A DNA stretch of 64,000 nucleotides from Anaeromyxobacteraceae bacterium (GCA_047602405.1 JASGHJ010000002.1:992001-1056000), one strand, 5' to 3'. Numbered from the stretch's first letter, positions 23,284 through 33,400 are shown. Made by a program: numbers and translations. Notes: generated from the letters alone by a model not told the origin.

Positions 23284-23751
23284 CTAGTTCCGGATGATCG
23301 CCGTCCAGACGCCCTTCACCACGACCCGACCGTGCTGGTTCGTGGTCGTGGTGGTGACTTCCAGCCAGTCGAGCGGACCGCGGTCGCGGATCGAGGTGAT
23401 CTCGCCGGTGGTGTCGAGGACGTCGCCGGGGCGCACGGGCTCGAGGAACTCGAACTCCTGCTCGCCGTGCACGAGGCGGAGCACGTTGATGGCGAGGGCG
23501 GGATCCCCGCAGGCCTTCGCGAAGGGCTCGATGGCGAAGGCGGCGGCGTAGGTGGGCGGGGCGACGACGTCCGCGGCGGCCTCGCCGGGGCCGGGGTAGG
23601 TGGCCGGGTGGTACACGGTCGGCGGGGTCTCGAAGACGTGGCCGGGTACGCCGTCGCCGACGGCGTGTACGAAGTCGCGGACGTGCTCGCGGCTCACGTG
23701 GAACCGGTAGGGACCGTACTTCTTGCCGAGGTGGCGCTTGTCGATCGGCAT
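23284..23751 (-). CDS. MaoC-like hot-dog dehydratase subunit (HadA-like)
   Basis: APPTYA, LVHGEQEFEFLEPVRPGDVL; start adjusted. Confidence 0.8.
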   Translation of the reverse strand: MPIDKRHLGKKYGPYRFHVSREHVRDFVHAVGDGVPGHVFETPPTVYHPATYPGPGEAAADVVAPPTYAAAFAIEPFAKACGDPALAINVLRLVHGEQEFEFLEPVRPGDVLDTTGEITSIRDRGPLDWLEVTTTTTNQHGRVVVKGVWTAIIRN

Positions 23752-23756
23752 CGCGG

Positions 23757-24197
23757 CTACCCGGCTCCGCCGACGGAGACGCGGCCCTCGGCGACGCCGC
23801 TCTTCAGCACCTCGTCGCCGTGCTGGTTCGTGACGGTGAGCTCGATCTTCACGCGGCCGGCCTCGAGCGCCGTGCAGCGGCCGGAGATCGTCAGCGTGTC
23901 GCCCGCGGCGACCGGCTTCGTGAACCGCGCCTTGATCCGCGTGAGCCGCTCGGGCGCGCCCAGGTACGCGACGCACGCGTCGGCGAGCCAGGAGAACGTG
24001 CACATGCCCTGGAGGATCACCCCGCCGTAGCCGGCGGCGCGGCCGACGGCGGCGTCGATGTGGATCGGGTTGAAGTCGCCGGACGCGGCCGCGTAGTAGA
24101 ACGGCCGGTAGGGGTCCACCTCGCGCACGACCTGGAACGTCTGGCCGACGGCGAGGCCCGAGGCAGGCTTCGTCTCCGGAGCGACGGGGGAGGTCAT
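23757..24197 (-). CDS. MaoC family dehydratase (HadB-like)
   Basis: Hydratase motif YAAASGDFNPIHID...GVILQGM; start adjusted. Confidence 0.85.
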   Translation of the reverse strand: MTSPVAPETKPASGLAVGQTFQVVREVDPYRPFYYAAASGDFNPIHIDAAVGRAAGYGGVILQGMCTFSWLADACVAYLGAPERLTRIKARFTKPVAAGDTLTISGRCTALEAGRVKIELTVTNQHGDEVLKSGVAEGRVSVGGAG

Positions 24198-25351
24198 CCC
24201 GCCGCCCCCGGGTCGGACGGCGGCGCGGGGTCGAGCGGGTCGTCGACGTCGAGGGCGGCCTCGTGCTCGCGGCGGCGCGCGAAGGTCGCCTGCACGAACT
24301 CCATGAGCCGGTCGAGGTAGTCGGTGATCGGCGGGCACTGGATGGCGGTGCCCTCGAGCAGCTCGAGCAGGTGGCGGCAGTTGTAGATGGCGAGGTGGTT
24401 CACGTACTCGAGCGCGACCCGGTGGCCGCGGGCGAGCCGCTCGAGGCCCGGCAGCCGCATCACCGCCTCGAACGCGCGGGCCGGGATCGAGACCTCGGGG
24501 ATCTTCTTCCCGGCCCGGGCCGCGATCATCTCGTACACGCGGCGCGCGGAGAGCGGGGAGGGGTCGACGACGTGCACCGTGCGGCCGGCGCCGGCCGGGT
24601 TGCGCGCGATGGAGGTCACCGCGTCGACGACGAAGTCGACCGGGACGACGTTGAGCGGCGCGAGCGCGTCGCCGGGGAGCGGGAGCGGCACGCCCACCGG
24701 GGAGGCGACGAGCAGGATCGCCATCGCGTACGGCCCCTCGAAGCGGTCGATCTCGCCGGTGCGCGAGTCGCCGACCACGATGGAGGGCCGGTAGACGGTG
24801 GCGGGGAGGTCGCCCATCACGCGGCGGACGAGGAGCTCGGCCTGGTACTTCGACTCCTCGTAGGCGTTGTGGAACCGCTGCCCCATCGCGAGCTCGTCCT
24901 CGAGGATGACGCCGACGCGGTCGCCCGAGACGTACGACGAGGAGAAGTGGTTGAGCCGCGAGAGCCGCCGCGCGTGCTGCGCGAGCTCGATGACGTTGCG
25001 GGTGCCCTCGACGTTGACGTGGCGGATTTGGCGGCGGTCGGCCTCGAGGCGCGAGACCGAGGCGAGGTGCCAGAGGTCGGTGACCTCGGCGGCGAGCGAC
25101 TTCCACTCCACGCCGGAGAGCCCGAGGTGCATCTGCTCGACGTCGCCCTCGATGACCTCCACGCGGGCGCCGCCGAGCTCGCCCGCCATGCTCTCCAGGT
25201 CCGCGGCGGCCGCGGCGAGGTGCTTCTTCTGCACGAGCACGAAGATCCGCTCGCGGCCGCGCCCCTGCTCGGCGAGGCGGCGCACGAGCCGCTTCCCGAT
25301 GAAGCCGGGGTAGCCGGTCACGAAGACGACGCGCTCGGGGGTGTCCGCCAC
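24194..25351 (-). CDS. Extended SDR oxidoreductase (fatty acyl/thioester reductase-like)
   Basis: FVTGYPGFIG, NVEGT, YEESK, YRPSIVVGDSRTG. Confidence 0.85.
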   Translation of the reverse strand: MADTPERVVFVTGYPGFIGKRLVRRLAEQGRGRERIFVLVQKKHLAAAAADLESMAGELGGARVEVIEGDVEQMHLGLSGVEWKSLAAEVTDLWHLASVSRLEADRRQIRHVNVEGTRNVIELAQHARRLSRLNHFSSSYVSGDRVGVILEDELAMGQRFHNAYEESKYQAELLVRRVMGDLPATVYRPSIVVGDSRTGEIDRFEGPYAMAILLVASPVGVPLPLPGDALAPLNVVPVDFVVDAVTSIARNPAGAGRTVHVVDPSPLSARRVYEMIAARAGKKIPEVSIPARAFEAVMRLPGLERLARGHRVALEYVNHLAIYNCRHLLELLEGTAIQCPPITDYLDRLMEFVQATFARRREHEAALDVDDPLDPAPPSDPGAAG

Positions 25352-25357
25352 GAACGG

Positions 25358-25993
25358 TCAATAACGCACGGGCGGCGCGTTGGGAAGCCTGCGCCCGAGG
25401 CCGCGGCGGAGGTCGGCGAGGAGCCGCTCCGCCTTGCCCGTGAGGTCACCCACCCCGCCCGTGTTGTCCACGACGAAGTCCGCCCGGGAGGCCTTCTCGT
25501 CGATGGGCCACTGCGCGGCGAGGCGGGCCTGCGCGTCGGCCTCGGTCGCGCCCTCGCGCGCGGCGAGCCGGCTCACCTGCGCGGTGCGCGGCGCGTAGAC
25601 CACCACGACCGAGTCCATGGCCTGGTCGAGCCCGACCTCGAAGAGGAGCGGGGCGTCGTAGAACGCCAGGTCGTGACCCGCTGCGTCGAGGCGGATCGTC
25701 TCGCCGATCATGGCCTCTCGGATGGCCGGGTGGGTGATGGCCTCGAGCTTCCGGCGGGAGAGCGGGTCCGCGAAGATCTTCTGCCCGAGCTTCTTGCGGT
25801 CGAGCGTGCCGTCGGCGCCCACGACCTCCCGGCCGAAGGTGCGCACGATGGCCTCGAGCGCGGGCTTGCCGGGCTCGACCACCTGCCGGGCGAGGACGTC
25901 GGCGTCGACGACCGGGACCCCGAGGGTCCGGAGCGCCGCGGCGAAGGTGCTCTTCCCGGTGGCGATGCCGCCGGTGAGGCCGACCACCCTCAC
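25358..25993 (-). CDS. coaE: Dephospho-CoA kinase
   Basis: VGLTGGIATGKST, DADVLAR, LEAITHP, DAPLLFE; start adjusted. Confidence 0.95.
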   Translation of the reverse strand: MRVVGLTGGIATGKSTFAAALRTLGVPVVDADVLARQVVEPGKPALEAIVRTFGREVVGADGTLDRKKLGQKIFADPLSRRKLEAITHPAIREAMIGETIRLDAAGHDLAFYDAPLLFEVGLDQAMDSVVVVYAPRTAQVSRLAAREGATEADAQARLAAQWPIDEKASRADFVVDNTGGVGDLTGKAERLLADLRRGLGRRLPNAPPVRY

Positions 25994-26511
25994 CGGGCGC
26001 CCGCGTCGGCCGCGTGATCCTGGCGAGGCGCGGACGCCGGCTGCGCGTCCCCGCCCTCCCGCGGCCTCGGCGCCTTGCCGGCCGTGAAGGTCAACGCCTC
26101 GACGCCGCCCTCCTTGCCGAAGTACACGGTCACGCCCGCCTGGGGGTAGATCCAGACCTTCTGGAAGGTGTCCTCGACGAAGGTCTTCTGGGGTGGCCTG
26201 CCGTAGGTGCCCTCGATGGTGTCGGCGTCGAGCTGCGCCGTGATGAAGACGGTGATCTCCTGGATCACCCCGGCCGCGTCGGCGTGGAACTGGGCCTGCT
26301 TCGCGCCCTGGAGCGCGTTGTCGCCGAAGTAGGCGAGGACGGTCTTCCCGGCCCGCTTCGTGCGGGTGGTGGGCTCGCCGAACTTCTGGACGACGTCGGC
26401 GAGCGGGGTGACGCCGGGCTGGATGCCCTGCCAGGGACGGGCGGCGGCCGGCAGGGGGGCGGCGAGCGCCGCCGCGAGCACGAGGAAGAGTCCGGGCTTT
26501 ACGGAAACCAT
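25990..26511 (-). CDS. Hypothetical exported protein
   Basis: Signal peptide; WQGIQPGVT...KFGEP motif; overlaps the coaE start. Confidence 0.65.
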   Translation of the reverse strand: MVSVKPGLFLVLAAALAAPLPAAARPWQGIQPGVTPLADVVQKFGEPTTRTKRAGKTVLAYFGDNALQGAKQAQFHADAAGVIQEITVFITAQLDADTIEGTYGRPPQKTFVEDTFQKVWIYPQAGVTVYFGKEGGVEALTFTAGKAPRPREGGDAQPASAPRQDHAADAGAR

Positions 26512-26533
26512 GCGGCATTATACTCCGTGCCCC

Positions 26534-27031
26534 GTGAGCGTCCGTCCCGAGGTCAACCTGCACGCCGCCGCGGCGGCCCTGGCCGCCCTGGCCCTCCTCG
26601 CCGGGGTCCCGGCGCGGGCGGGTGACACCGTCGGCCCGGAGACCTGCAAGGCCTGCCACCCCGCCGCCTACGAGACCTGGAGGAACGGCCCCCACGCGCG
26701 CGCCCAGGACAGCCTCACCGGGAAGAGCAGGACCGACGCCCGCTGCCTCTCCTGCCACGCCCCGCAGCTCGAGGACGGCCTCGCCGGCGTGACCTGCGAG
26801 GCGTGCCACGGCGCGGGCGGGCGGTACTCCGCGCGCTACGTCATGAAGGACGCGGAGCTCGCGCGTGCGGTGGGGCTCGTCGACCCGAGCGAGAAGACCT
26901 GCCTCTCCTGCCACACCGACTCCACCCCGAGCCTGGTCCGGTTCGAGCACGCGAAGAAGCGCCAGCTCATCAAGCACTGGGACGAGAAGCCCCGCCCGGG
27001 CGGGCCGCCCGCGCCCCGGTCCACGAAGTAA
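26534..27031 (+). CDS. Tetraheme cytochrome c (c554-like)
   Basis: Signal peptide and four CxxCH motifs (CKACH, CLSCH, CEACH, CLSCH); start adjusted. Confidence 0.88.
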   Translation: MSVRPEVNLHAAAAALAALALLAGVPARAGDTVGPETCKACHPAAYETWRNGPHARAQDSLTGKSRTDARCLSCHAPQLEDGLAGVTCEACHGAGGRYSARYVMKDAELARAVGLVDPSEKTCLSCHTDSTPSLVRFEHAKKRQLIKHWDEKPRPGGPPAPRSTK

Positions 27032-27045
27032 GCCTGGAGGCGCCC

Positions 27046-27672
27046 GTGCCCGTCGAGGTCGTCAGCGCGGAGTTCCTCCGCACCGCCACCCGCGGCGAGG
27101 AGTGGCCCCAGGGGCCCGAGCCCGAGTTCGCGTTCGTCGGGCGCTCCAACGTCGGCAAGTCGTCGATGCTCAACGCGCTCACGCGCAAGCGGAAGCTCGC
27201 GCGCGTCTCCACCACGCCGGGCCGCACCCGCGCGCTCCAGTTCTTCGACGTCGCGTACCGCGCCACCGCCGCGGCGCGCCCGCGCCACCTCAAGCTCTGC
27301 GACCTGCCGGGCTACGGCTACGCGAAGGTGTCCCGCGCCGAGCGCGACGTGTGGGCCGCGATGATCGAGGACTACCTGAAGGAGCGCGACGTCCTGCGCG
27401 CGGTCGTGCTCATCGTCGACGCGCGCCACGAGCCCTCGGAGTCCGACGCGGACGCGCTCAGGTTCCTGCGCGGCGCCGGGCGCGCGGTCGTGGTCGCCGC
27501 GACGAAGATGGACAAGCTCTCGAAGAGCGAGCGCACCCCGGCCCTCGCCCGGACGGCGAAGGCGCTCGGGCTCGAGCGCGGCGAGGTGGTGCCGTTCTCG
27601 GCCCTCGAGGGCACCGGCGCCGAGGCGCTCTGGGCGCGCCTCGCCGCCCTCGCCGGTGCCGACGCGCCTTAG
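27046..27672 (+). CDS. engB: Ribosome biogenesis GTPase EngB/YihA/YsxC
   Basis: FVGRSNVGKSS, TPGRT, DLPGYGY, TKMDK; GGAGG RBS; start adjusted. Confidence 0.94.
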   Translation: MPVEVVSAEFLRTATRGEEWPQGPEPEFAFVGRSNVGKSSMLNALTRKRKLARVSTTPGRTRALQFFDVAYRATAAARPRHLKLCDLPGYGYAKVSRAERDVWAAMIEDYLKERDVLRAVVLIVDARHEPSESDADALRFLRGAGRAVVVAATKMDKLSKSERTPALARTAKALGLERGEVVPFSALEGTGAEALWARLAALAGADAP

Positions 27673-27959
27673 GGCGTGCCGGGGTTCCCTGCGATCCCCG
27701 CCTCCGCGCCCAGGTCGCGCTCGAAGTCCTGCGCCATCCGCTGCCCGCGGCGCAGCCGGTCCCCCACCATCTGGCGCATCTCGTCCCCGCGCCGCGGCGC
27801 GAAGAGCAGCCCCAGCCCGGCGCCCACGAGGACGCCCACCGAGAACAGCCCCAGCCCGGTGAAGAAGTCGCCCGTCGGCGTGCGCTCCTCCAGCCCCACG
27901 CGCCGCAAGAGCTCGTCGCGGTCCCACATCGCCTTCATCGCCTTCCAGCTCATCGCCAT
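27669..27959 (-). CDS. YtxH-like small membrane protein
   Basis: GVLVGAGLGLLFAPRRGDEMR motif; GGGGG RBS. Confidence 0.8.
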   Translation of the reverse strand: MAMSWKAMKAMWDRDELLRRVGLEERTPTGDFFTGLGLFSVGVLVGAGLGLLFAPRRGDEMRQMVGDRLRRGQRMAQDFERDLGAEAGIAGNPGTP

Positions 27960-28005
27960 GTGCGGTGCCCCCCGCCGAGAAGGGTGCGCACGCCGGGGCC
28001 CGGGC

Positions 28006-28821
28006 TCAACGAGCCGCGCCGCCCGGGTCGACCCGGTCGCCCGGCGCGCCCTCCGTGCGCAGCTCGGTCCGGACCCCGTCCGCCTCGACGTCGCGCGCCG
28101 GCTCCGGGCGCCGGGCGGCCGCCGACAGCTCGAGCTCCACCACGAGCGGCAGGTGGTCGCTCGCCCGCCGGACGAGCGGCGTCGCCACGACCTCGCACGC
28201 GGTCACCCGCAGCGCGGCGTCCACGTAGCAGCGGTCGAGGCGCAGGAGGGGGAAGCGCGCCGGGAACGTCGGGCCCACGCGCCCGGCCGCGCGCGCCGCG
28301 TCGGTCAGCGAGCGGACGAGCCAGCGCGGCACCGCGGCGCCGGGCCCGAACGCGTTGAAGTCGCCGGCGAGCACGAGCGGGTTCGAGAGGGCGGCGTCGC
28401 GCAGCACGTCGGCGGAGAGCAGCCGGCCGGCCTGGCAGCGGCGCTCCCGGGCGGAGAGCCCGAGGTGCGCGACGAAGAAGTGGAGGGCCGTGCCGGGGAG
28501 CGCCACGTCCGCGCGCAGGCAGCCGCGCGGCTCGCGGCCCGGCACCGAGAGGTCGTAGGTGCGGGTGGCGAGGATGGGGTGGCGCGAGAGCACCGCGTTG
28601 CCGAAGGCCGCCCCGCCGGGCGTCCGGGTCGGGCCGAACGCCGCGTGGCGCCCGGGGAGCCGGTCGGTGAGCGGGCGGAGGGCGTCGGGGCCGCCGGAGG
28701 TGACCTCCTGGAGCCCCGCGAGGTCGAACGCGAGGTCGTCGAGCACGCGCGCGATCCGGTCCGGGTCGCGCCTCCCGTCGGCGCCCACGAGCCCGTGCAC
28801 GTTCCAGGTGACGATCCGCAC
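28006..28821 (-). CDS. Endonuclease/exonuclease/phosphatase family protein
   Basis: TWNVH, LQEV, GNAVLSR, GDFN, RLD, SDHLP. Confidence 0.9.
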   Translation of the reverse strand: MRIVTWNVHGLVGADGRRDPDRIARVLDDLAFDLAGLQEVTSGGPDALRPLTDRLPGRHAAFGPTRTPGGAAFGNAVLSRHPILATRTYDLSVPGREPRGCLRADVALPGTALHFFVAHLGLSARERRCQAGRLLSADVLRDAALSNPLVLAGDFNAFGPGAAVPRWLVRSLTDAARAAGRVGPTFPARFPLLRLDRCYVDAALRVTACEVVATPLVRRASDHLPLVVELELSAAARRPEPARDVEADGVRTELRTEGAPGDRVDPGGAAR

Positions 28822-28868
28822 CGGCCCAGAGCCCCCGGGGCCACGGTGCGGCGCGCGCCCGCGGCGGG

Positions 28869-29357
28869 CTACCCCCCGCCCGGCCGCTCCCAGGTCACCT
28901 CGAGCACCGTGAGCTCGAGGGTGCCCGCCGGCCGCTCGATCCGGACGGTGTCGCCCTCGGCCCGGCCGAGGAGGCCGCGCCCGAGCGGCGCGTCGACGCT
29001 GATGTGCCCCGCCGCGACGTCGAACTCGTCCGGCCCGACGAGCCGGTACAGCCGCTCCTCGCCGTCCTCGTCCTCGACCCGCACCCAGGCGCCGAAGAAG
29101 GCCTTCCCGCCGGGGTGGGGCGCCGGCTTCACGACGGTGAGCGCGTCCATCCGCTCGGACAGCTCCCGCAGGCGCCGGTCGAGCTCGCGCAGCTTCTTCT
29201 TGCCGTAGATGTACTCGGCGTTCTCGCTGCGGTCCCCGAGGGCCGCCGCGGCCTCGACCTCGGCCACGATCCTGGGGCGGTCGACCGTCCAGATCCGCTG
29301 GTGCTCGCGCGCGATGCGGGCGAAGCCTTCCGGCGTGATGTAGCGAGGGCGGGACAT
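28869..29357 (-). CDS. greB: Transcription elongation factor GreB
   Basis: YITPEG, AAALGDRSENAEYIYGKKKLRELDRRLR; start adjusted. Confidence 0.93.
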   Translation of the reverse strand: MSRPRYITPEGFARIAREHQRIWTVDRPRIVAEVEAAAALGDRSENAEYIYGKKKLRELDRRLRELSERMDALTVVKPAPHPGGKAFFGAWVRVEDEDGEERLYRLVGPDEFDVAAGHISVDAPLGRGLLGRAEGDTVRIERPAGTLELTVLEVTWERPGGG

Positions 29358-29393
29358 GGCGCGGGGGCGGCGCCGAGTGTAGTCTCGATCGCC

Positions 29394-30296
29394 GTGAGAA
29401 TCAGCGACATCCTGCGCTTCGCCCGCGAGCGCGGCGACCCGGTCTTCTCGTTCGAGTTCTTCCCGCCGAAGACGGAGGAGGGCACGAAGGCGCTCTTCGA
29501 GACCGTCGAGGCGCTGCGCCCGCTCGCGCCGGCGTACGTGTCCGTGACCTACGGCGCCGGCGGCTCGTCCCGCCAGCTCACCCTCGACCTCGTGAAGCGC
29601 CTGAAGCGCGAGAGCGAGGTGGAGACGATGGCCCACCTCACCTGCGTGGGCTCGTCGAAGGACGAGATCGCCGCCGCCCTCGACGAGCTCGCCGAGGCCG
29701 GCATCCAGAACCTGCTCGCCCTGCGCGGCGATCCGCCGAGGGGCAAGACCGAGTTCGTCCCGCACCCGGACGGCTTCGCCCACGCGAGCGACCTCGTCGC
29801 CTTCATCCGGGCCCACCGCGAGCGCTGGAAGTTCTGCATCGGCGGGGCCGCCTACCCGGAGGGCCACCCCGAGACCCGGGACCTCTCCCGCGACCTCGCA
29901 AACCTGAAGCTCAAGGTCGCCGCGGGGGTCGACTTCCTCGTCACCCAGCTCTTCTTCGAGAACGCCCACTACCTCCGCTTCGTCGAGCGGGCCCGGGCGG
30001 CGGGCATCGAGCTGCCGATCGTGCCGGGCATCATGCCGTTCACGAACGTGGACCAGGTCGAGCGGTTCACCGCGATGTGCGGCGCCCGCATCCCGCCCGC
30101 GCTCCACGCCGCCATGGCCGTGCGCCGGGACGACCCCGACGCCGCGCGCGACCTCGGGGTCGCCCACGCCACGCTGCAGTGCGCCGACCTCCTCCGGCGG
30201 GGCGCCCCGGGCGTGCACTTCTACACGCTCAACCGCTCCACCTCGACCCGGGCCATCCTCGCCGCGCTCCGGGCGAGCGAGCCCTGGCGCGGTTAG
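29394..30296 (+). CDS. metF: 5,10-methylenetetrahydrofolate reductase
   Basis: SFEFFPPKT, SVTYGAGG, AHLTC, LALRGDPP, YPEGH, TQLFF, HFYTLN; start adjusted. Confidence 0.95.
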   Translation: MRISDILRFARERGDPVFSFEFFPPKTEEGTKALFETVEALRPLAPAYVSVTYGAGGSSRQLTLDLVKRLKRESEVETMAHLTCVGSSKDEIAAALDELAEAGIQNLLALRGDPPRGKTEFVPHPDGFAHASDLVAFIRAHRERWKFCIGGAAYPEGHPETRDLSRDLANLKLKVAAGVDFLVTQLFFENAHYLRFVERARAAGIELPIVPGIMPFTNVDQVERFTAMCGARIPPALHAAMAVRRDDPDAARDLGVAHATLQCADLLRRGAPGVHFYTLNRSTSTRAILAALRASEPWRG

Positions 30297-30432
30297 GCCG
30301 GTGAGGGGCCCGGGACCAGGAATGGACCCGGGGTTCGTGCGTTCCGGCGTACAGGCGACCCTGAAATAAGGCCCGCTCCGGGGCGTAGGGCCCCTGAACC
30401 CCTGCTGTTCCCGCGTTCCTCGCGGCGGTACC

Positions 30433-33400
30433 ATGGCCGCCCCGGGAGGTCCATTGGAGCGGTTGCGCCGGTTCTACGACGAGCTGCGACGCAGACGGAT
30501 GTTCCGCGCGCTCGGCGCCTATGGCGTCGGTGCGTTCGCGGTGCTCCAGAGCGCCGAGCCGGTCGTGCACGGCCTCCACCTGCCCGAGTGGGTCATCAGC
30601 GTCGTCGTCATTGGCTGCGCGGCCGGCTTCCCGGTCGCCTTCGTGCTCGCCTGGACGTTCGACCTGACCGCGCGCGGCATCGAGCGCACGCCCGACGCGG
30701 CCCCGGTCACGCCGACCCCGCCCCCCGCACCGGAGAACTCGGCGGTGAGGCCCGGCCAGCTGAGCGCGCTCCTCGAGGAGCTCGCCCGGGCCCCGGAGGT
30801 CGCCCCGCTGGCGCTGCGGCCGCTCCGGCCCGGCGACTCGGTCGGCCGCTTCGAGGTGCTGCGCGAGATCGGCCGCGGCGGGTTCGGGGTCGTCTACGAG
30901 GCGCGCGACGGCGGGCTCGGGCGGCTCGTCGCCCTCAAGACGGTCCAGCCGCGCAAGGGGGTCGACCCGGAGATGCTGCGCGGCGAGGCCGAGGCGGCGG
31001 CCCAGCTGCAGCACCCGAACATCGTCACCGTCCACGACGTCGGGGCCGACCACGGCCACGCCTGGATGGTGCTCGAGCTGCTCCGGGGCGAGACGCTCGA
31101 GGCGCGCCTGCGCCGCGGGCCGCTGCCCCACCGCGAGGCGCTCCGCATCGCCATCCACGTCGCGCGGGGCCTGGCGCACGCGCACCGCGCGGGCATCGTC
31201 CACCGCGACCTCAAGCCCGCGAACGTCTTCCTCTGCGAGGACGGCACCGCCAAGATCCTCGACTTCGGCCTCAGCCGCGTCTTCGGCTCGGGCGGCGCGG
31301 AGGGCGGCACGCCGGGCTACATGGCGCCCGAGCAGAGCCGGGGTGGGGCGCAGGACGCCCGGACGGACGTCTTCGCCGCGGCGGTGATGCTCCACGAGAT
31401 GCTCGCGGGCCGCCGGCCTTACGAGGTGCGCGACGGCCGCTCGTCCGCGCTCGACGCCGTCCGCGCGCCGGCGCTCGAGGTGCGCGCGCCGGGGCCGCTG
31501 CGCAGGCTGCTCGAGGCCGGCCTGCACCCCGATCCGGATCACCGGCCGCGCGACGGCGGGGCCTGGCTCGAGCTCCTCCTGAAGGCCGACGCGGCGGGGG
31601 CCCGCAGCCATGCGCGCGCGGCGCTCGCGGTGGGGGTGGCCGGCAGCGTCCTCGCCGCGATCGCCATGGGGACGCTCGTGTGGCGCGGGATCCGCGCCGG
31701 CGCGGAGGAGGCGGAGCTCGACCCGGCCCTGCGCGTGCCCGTCGCGGTGGCCGACGTGCGGAACGGGACGAGCGACCCCGAGCTCGACGGCCTCTCCGGC
31801 ATGCTCGTGACCTCGCTCGAGCAGTCGCGCCGGCTCCTCGTCCTCACCCGCTCGCGCCTCGTGGACGCGATCCGGCAGCTCGGCAAGGAGCCGCCGGCGG
31901 TCGTCGACGAGCCGCTCGCGCGCGAGGTGGGCCGCAGCCTGGGCGTGAAGGCGCTCCTGCTCGCCACCGTGCACCGCTTCGACGACGTCTACGCGATCGA
32001 GCTGCGCGCGCTCGACCCGGCCACGAACGAGTACCTCTTCACGCTGAAGGAGCAGGCGAGGGGGAAGGCGAGCGTGCCGGAGCTCATCGACCGGCTCGCG
32101 CGGGCGACCCGCGATCGCCTGCGGCCCGGGCCCTCCGAGGCCGAGGGCACGAAGCGCGCGGTGGCCGAGCTCACCACGAGCAACCTCGAGGCCTACGAGC
32201 ACTACTTCAACGCGCGGCGGAACATCGACCTGCGGCAGTTCGACGGCGCCCGCAAGGAGCTCGAGGCGGCGCTCGCCGCCGACCCGTCCTTCGCGCTCGC
32301 CCACTACGCCCGCACGGTGCTCGACTCCTGGACCCACCCGCTCGGCCTCGGCGGCCTCGAGGGCCCCGACGCCGAGGGCGATCGCCAGCGGCTCGAGGCG
32401 GCGGTGCGGCTCGCCGACCGGCTCCCCGAGCGCGAGCGGCTGGGGCTCCTCGCCTGGAAGGCGACCGCCGACGGCCGGAACGACGAGGCCCGGCGCCTGC
32501 GCGACGAGGCCGCCCGCGCGTTCCCGCAGGACAAGGACGCGGTCTTCTGGGCCGGCGATCAGCGCTTCCACGTGGGCGACCCGGCCGGCGCCATCCCGTT
32601 CTTCGAGAAGGCCATCGCGCTCGACCCCGACTACCGGCTCGTGCTCGAGCACCTCGTCGGCGCGAACGCCCAGCTCGGGCGCTCCCAGGAGGTCCTGCGG
32701 TGGTCGAAGCGCTGGGCCGAGGTGGCCGGTACCCCCGAGGCGAAGATGGCCTACGGGCGCGCCCTGCTCGTCGCCGATCACGTCGACGAGGCGCAGCGGC
32801 TCTTCCACGAGGTCGGCGGCCCGGGGTACGACCCGCCGCCGATGATCACCTGGCTGCTCCGCCACGGGCGCGTCGACGAGGCCGAGGCCCGCGCCCGCGC
32901 CGCGCTCAAGGTGCCGATCCCGGCCGGCGTCGCGAGCGACGCCGACAAGGCCTCCCGCGGCCCCTCCGAGGCGCTCGAGGCGGTGTACACGTTCCAGGGC
33001 CGCCTCCGCGAGGCCGAGCGGCTCAGCCGGGAGCGGCTCGCGAGGGCGCCCGCCAAGGACCGCGTGCAGCGCCTCTTCGCGTACGCCCTCATCAGCCGCG
33101 ACCCGGCGCGCGCCGGGGCGCTCCTGACGGAGATCCAGGCGACCGGCATGGACAAGGATCCGGTCGTGGCGGCGCAGGCCGCGATCGCGGTCGGCCTCGC
33201 GGGCGACCGCGGCGGGGCGGAGGGCCGCCGCGCGGCCGTGCTCGCGATGCCGGGGTGGGGGAGGCTCACGCCGGGGGCCCGGAGCTTCTTCGAGGGCGCG
33301 CTCGCGCTCGCGGCCGGGCACCTCGACGAGGCGGAGCGGAGCCTGCGCGGGCCGGCGGAGGGCGCGCCGCCCGATCCGGTCTACGTGAGCCGGGTCACGC

